From contig CAVOUE010000003.1 of NCBI GenBank assembly GCA_963699545.1, positions 839,118 to 903,117 on the forward strand: DNA of 64,000 bases, given 5' to 3'. The position numbers were made by a program, and so were the translations under genes. This DNA comes from Nitrospirota bacterium (GTDB taxonomy: Bacteria; Nitrospirota; Thermodesulfovibrionia; Thermodesulfovibrionales; UBA9159). A model generated the notes under the pieces. It worked only from the letters and a program-made list of their open reading frames with translations. It was not told the DNA's origin and did not search any database. Positions 59,650-64,000 of this stretch are shown in pieces. Every line of letters starts with the position of its first letter. The first letter of the stretch is position 1.

Positions 59650-60570
59650 TTATTTTGCGTCGGACCTTTGGTACTTATAGAGATTTACCGGAGCGAAATC
59701 ATCGGTCAGGACCTTTGCCGACGACCATTCATACTCGGTGGAGTATTCATAGGCCGAAGCTGTCTTCGGCAGATCGATATCAAAGTGCTTGCCCGTCTGC
59801 AGTTTCCTTGCTCGCTCCAGAACGCTTTCTTCAGATCTTCTCATCTTGTCCGGCGTGGCGACAAAGATGAAGTTTCTCGAGCGTTGTCCTGAAAAGATAT
59901 AGAGATGGGGAAAAACCTTCTTGTATGTCACGACCATCGAATCGAAGAATTTGTTTCTGTAGGGAGAGAGGATGTTGGCGGCAACTACCCCATCCTCCTT
60001 CAGTTTGCCTTTCACTTCTTTCAGGAACTCAACGGTGGTGAGGTGAAAGGGTATGTCGTCATTCTGATACGCATCAAGGAAAATCATGTCGTATTTCTTT
60101 TGCGTGCGCTTGACGAACATTCTCCCGTCGGTGATATGAACCTTCATATTTGCCGTTTCTTTAAAAGAGAAATATTCTATTGCAGCACTCATGATATCTG
60201 CGTCGATCTCGGCGACATCGACACGGGCCTCAGGGTAGTAGCGGCTTAAATACCGGGGCATTGCCCCTATTCCAAGGCCGACAAAGAGCACATCCTTCGG
60301 TTCTCTGTCGAGATATGCCAGGGAGATGAAAGACATCTGCGTATATTCAAGAAGGGGTTTCTCCGGTGCGTTTAAGGACATCCCTCCCTGGGAAACGTCC
60401 TTCTTTTGATTTCGCAGATAACGCTCTTTTTTTACCGTATCCTCTATTACCTGAATATACTGGTAAAGAGAGTTCTTTTCAAAGATCAGCCTCTCTGACG
60501 GTTCCAGCGCGAACCCCTGCAGGGGGAATAGCGAAAAAAGTAAAACTAACAGATGATAAATCTTTATCAT
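59650..60570 (-). CDS. Spermidine-synthase-like SAM-fold protein, exported
   Basis: Signal peptide, SLYQYIQV, VGLGIG, EID, DGR, DMIFLDAY, PFHLTTVEF, LTDDFAPV. Confidence 0.85.
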   Translation of the reverse strand: MIKIYHLLVLLFSLFPLQGFALEPSERLIFEKNSLYQYIQVIEDTVKKERYLRNQKKDVSQGGMSLNAPEKPLLEYTQMSFISLAYLDREPKDVLFVGLGIGAMPRYLSRYYPEARVDVAEIDADIMSAAIEYFSFKETANMKVHITDGRMFVKRTQKKYDMIFLDAYQNDDIPFHLTTVEFLKEVKGKLKEDGVVAANILSPYRNKFFDSMVVTYKKVFPHLYIFSGQRSRNFIFVATPDKMRRSEESVLERARKLQTGKHFDIDLPKTASAYEYSTEYEWSSAKVLTDDFAPVNLYKYQRSDAK

Positions 60571-60644
60571 GATGACTCCTTGGATTCATTTTTTTGCCGG
60601 TCAGATTAACACCAGGCAAGTAAGACCTTGGTGACTACTAATGC

Positions 60645-61055
60645 TCAGGCGGCTGGGGGGGAAAGACCGGAATGGTAAGCGCCAGTATTACTTCGAAAGA
60701 CAAACGCCTGGGTGTGCTCTGCACGTCTGCTTGTCAGATGTTCAGCAAAGACCAGTGATGCAGGTACAGTGCATAGATCTAGATGTGGCGACTTGCTCTT
60801 TAAATGGAGGCATCTGTCGGTTCTGCCAATGTCTTTCTTGATATGCAGGTGAGAACCGTTATGCTGCTCACCAGTGGATAGGTTTTCATGTGCTGATATA
60901 TCGTGAAGCAAGGCATGATCATCGCTGTTTTCCGGGTGATAGTCAGCGGCGTGGTCGTGGCTGTGATAAAGCGGTGAGAGCAAAGCAATACTGAGCACGA
61001 ATATAAGGGGAAGCCTTAAAGGTGATCCTGATTTATGAGAACTCTTAAGAGCCAT
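60645..61055 (-). CDS. His-rich small membrane protein (DUF2946-like)
   Basis: One TM, HSHDH, many His residues, C-terminal GLSPP. Confidence 0.5.
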   Translation of the reverse strand: MALKSSHKSGSPLRLPLIFVLSIALLSPLYHSHDHAADYHPENSDDHALLHDISAHENLSTGEQHNGSHLHIKKDIGRTDRCLHLKSKSPHLDLCTVPASLVFAEHLTSRRAEHTQAFVFRSNTGAYHSGLSPPAA

Positions 61056-61099
61056 GTGCTTATTTTACAAAAATCCCGCATCTTTAAGAAACGTGTTTT

Positions 61100-62968
61100 T
61101 CACAACGCTTCCATTGCTTGTCTCGTTGCTCTCCTGCCTTCATCCACAGCCGCAACCCAGTGCTGATGTCCATTGAGTTCAGCATGGGCGAAGGCAATGC
61201 GGCCGAAGGGCTTGCGGATGATCTCCCGAGGTGCTGGTGTCCCGCCCTTGCCGAAGCAGAAGCCTGGCTGCGGGTTCACATAGGCGTAAGTCCAGCGATT
61301 CAGGATGATGCCCGCGATATTTTTTTCAGCCTCAAAGCCTGCATCCGAGAAGAGCTGCTTCATCTGCCCTACTATCAGGGACTCGAATTCGGCATAACTT
61401 GTTCCCAGGAGCTTTTTCCTTCCGCTTTCTCCCTGCTCCTCGATGCCAAGGCCTGGCTGGTGGAAAGAGACGTAGAAGGTGAGCACCGTTGGTTTGTCAG
61501 GATGCAGAGGCGGTCGGTAATTTCCCACAAACATCGGCTTGCGAATATTGCAGCCGAATCCGAAGCCGTTGAACCATTTGCAGGCAGTGAAACCCATTCG
61601 GTAAAGAAAGCGCCAGTTGGTAAGGGCCACATTCGCCACCAGGATAGGCGATACATGAAAGTGAGCATAGGCCGCTGTATAATTTGCAGGCAGATCCGAG
61701 ACCACTTTCCGGGAGAGGCGACTGCCGCATGCCATAACCACACTTCGGGCCTTTAGGCGGTAGAGTTTCCCATCCTTTATGTAGATTACGGTAACGCTCT
61801 TTCCCGGGGTTGAACCGTCTTCGTGTTTGACCCGAACAACGGAAGAACCAAGCCTGAGGCGAACCTTGTTCCCCTCTGAGTCGAGAGCAGAGAAACGCAC
61901 CCGGCCGTTATGTATATCCGCGAAGCTCTTGCCGCCCTCAATGACATCGGGGATTAATGCTTTAATGAAATAGCGGGAGAATCCGTCATTGCCACCTGGG
62001 AATGAATGCCAGTGACTGTTCCTTAGTGAACGATGGCCCTGAAACTCCGGGAATCCCGGCATCGAGACCTGACGGGCTGTATATGCGCTGATTACATCGC
62101 AGCCAAGCCCCACCACACTGGCGAGCACCGGATTGGCGTAGCGCGTTATTTCCGGATCAAGTTTCAGAATCTTTTCCAGATAATCCTTATAGGTCATGGA
62201 ATCAAGCCAGCGGCCATAGTCTTCACCGTCATATCGGCGATCTGTTATATTCCTCCACCGAAGGAAATCTTTTCGGACTTTTTCCGAATACGGCGTTCCT
62301 GCAAGCTTGTTCTCCCAGAGACCTGCTACCCACGTGCCGGGAGTGGCCTGTCCCTGACCTGCAAAATAGTGGCCTATGCTCTTTGAATCGAACCAGAGCC
62401 GGTAGCCGAAGTTTGTGGAATCAAAGTCCAGGGGCTCCAGTTCGGGGGCTAACGCGCCATATTCAAACTCTGTTGGTATTCCCAGTTCAGTATAAATATC
62501 ATATCCGGGGATGCCGGGGCGGTCTATCACGCCGAAAGCATTTGAGGCTTGCGGCCCGATAAGCCGCTCTCCCTGGACCATGAATTCATTTCTCTTTGCC
62601 GCACCGCCGAAGATCGGATGATTTTCAATGATAAGGCATTTTGCCTGCTTCAAAGAGAACTTATTTAATTCATACGCGGCACCGAGGCCGCTCAGGCCAC
62701 CACCGACTATGACGAGATCGTATGATTCGCTGGTATCGATAATTTCCCGGCTTATAGCTTTATAGGCACCATTTTGAATAGCCTGGAATGTCCTGATTAC
62801 GTCGGAAGTGTTCCCATTCGAAGAAGCATAATCGCCTATTCCACCGAAGCCGTAGCTCGGTTGAGATTGCGCGAACAGCCTTAGCGGAGCAGGAAGCTCA
62901 AGCAGGAGAGCGCCCGTGCCGATGAGCATACCGTTGAGAAAATCCCTTCGGGTTATCCCTAGACTCAT
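61100..62968 (-). CDS. Tat-exported flavoprotein, spermidine dehydrogenase (SpdH)-like
   Basis: ITRRDFLNG, VGGGLSG, FGGAAKRNEF, FPGGNDG, ILNRW..AY, FGRIAFAH. Confidence 0.8.
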   Translation of the reverse strand: MSLGITRRDFLNGMLIGTGALLLELPAPLRLFAQSQPSYGFGGIGDYASSNGNTSDVIRTFQAIQNGAYKAISREIIDTSESYDLVIVGGGLSGLGAAYELNKFSLKQAKCLIIENHPIFGGAAKRNEFMVQGERLIGPQASNAFGVIDRPGIPGYDIYTELGIPTEFEYGALAPELEPLDFDSTNFGYRLWFDSKSIGHYFAGQGQATPGTWVAGLWENKLAGTPYSEKVRKDFLRWRNITDRRYDGEDYGRWLDSMTYKDYLEKILKLDPEITRYANPVLASVVGLGCDVISAYTARQVSMPGFPEFQGHRSLRNSHWHSFPGGNDGFSRYFIKALIPDVIEGGKSFADIHNGRVRFSALDSEGNKVRLRLGSSVVRVKHEDGSTPGKSVTVIYIKDGKLYRLKARSVVMACGSRLSRKVVSDLPANYTAAYAHFHVSPILVANVALTNWRFLYRMGFTACKWFNGFGFGCNIRKPMFVGNYRPPLHPDKPTVLTFYVSFHQPGLGIEEQGESGRKKLLGTSYAEFESLIVGQMKQLFSDAGFEAEKNIAGIILNRWTYAYVNPQPGFCFGKGGTPAPREIIRKPFGRIAFAHAELNGHQHWVAAVDEGRRATRQAMEAL

Positions 62969-63127
62969 GAGGCACCTCTATTCTTCAACTACATTATCCC
63001 ATATTTGTAGCCGGATGAGTTGAGCATCGATAATCCCCCGTCTACCGGTCTCTTCCGCCTCCACCGGGGGTGAAAGGCTGATCAAGAAATTATTCAGGGA
63101 CGGAATGATTAAAGATATCGGGGACTC

Positions 63128-64000
63128 TTACTTTTTTATGGCTTCGTCGATGTCGTACTTCTTCAGTTTCAGGTAGAGGGTCTTTCTGTCGATGCCGAGG
63201 GTCTGGCTCGCCTTTGACTGGTTCCCGCCGGATTCCCTGAGGACCCTGAGGATATGTTCCTTCTCCATCTTTTCGAGCGTGGCATCCGGTGTTGTCTCTT
63301 TTGCGGCAGAGACGGAGGGGATGGAAAGATCATCCGGGGTGATCTTTCCCGACTCGCAGAGGATCACCGCCCTCTCGATGATGTTCTCCATCTCCCTTAC
63401 ATTTCCGGGCCAGTGGTAGATCGTGAGCGCCTCCAGGGCTTCGGCGGTGAACCCCGAAATGTCCTTGGACAGCTTCTGGCCGTATTTCTTCAGGAAGTAG
63501 CGGGCGAGCTCCGGGATATCTTCCCTTCGCTCCCTCATGGGCGGGAGCGTTAGGTTGATGACGTTCAAACGGTAGAATAAGTCCTGTCTGAACTCCCCTG
63601 TCCTGATGAGGGTGGTGAGAATCCCTGTTCGTGGCCGCTATTACCCTTACGTCCACGGTTATGGTCCTGTTGCTGCCGACCCTTCTGAATTCCCCCGAGT
63701 CGAGGAATCTCAGGAGTTTTGCCTGAAGGCCGAGGGGCATCTCACCGATCTCGTCAAGGAAAAGCGTTCCCTTGTCCGCAACCTCTACAATGCCGAACTT
63801 GGTCTGGTGGGCGCTGGTGAAAGCGCCCTTCTCGTGTCCGAAGAGTTCGGATTCAATGAGGTTCTCCGACAATGCGGCGCAGTTAAGAACGACGAAGGGA
63901 AAGGAGTTCCTCCTGCTGTAATGCCAGAGAGTATTTGCGACAAGCTCCTTGCCGGTGCCGCTCTCACCTTGAATGAATACCGTGGAGTCGGTCGGCGCGA
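63128..64000 (-). CDS. Sigma54-dependent regulator (5' partial, frameshift near 63620)
   Basis: [44 protein letters not shown]. Confidence 0.9.

Noticed and set aside
1-64000. CRISPR arrays, tRNA/rRNA, transposases, integrases, phage genes
   Set aside because: None recognised by eye; tRNAscan, Rfam and CRISPR scans were not run.

Overview
Bacterial DNA from an anaerobe with an outer membrane (TonB receptor, sigma54 regulators). The gene repertoire suggests Nitrospirota or Desulfobacterota, but this cannot be proven from the window. Many genes carry 1-bp indels, densest in the first 9 kb, most likely long-read errors. Left to right: (1) a first corrinoid methyltransferase module (vWA, Zn-finger, DUF2284, MtaA/UroD-family methyltransferase, corrinoid protein, RACo activator); (2) a cobamide uptake and late-synthesis operon under two cobalamin riboswitches; (3) an unannotated GrdB/PrdB-like selenoprotein (UxxC) and a small SEC-C protein; (4) the key feature, a 15-kb sigma54-driven minus-strand gene run (23383-38520) joining two MtaA-type methyltransferases, an MtrH-like methyltransferase, a corrinoid protein, RACo, a sulfonate-type ABC importer, an HdrE-like/HdrD pair and the methanogen-type coenzyme M genes cysteate synthase and fused comDE, with no mcr genes in the window; (5) a sigma54 sulfur-handling cluster (2x OsmC, DsrE, rhodanese, COG0523) with a duplicated enhancer-promoter architecture; (6) a TetR-controlled MacAB-type export locus; (7) a NikR-regulated nickel uptake operon with a NikM-DUF4198 fusion, plus RcnA; (8) spermidine synthase-like and SpdH-like genes and a partial sigma54 regulator. 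No rRNA, tRNA, CRISPR or transposase was seen. Family calls come from motif recognition, not database searches.
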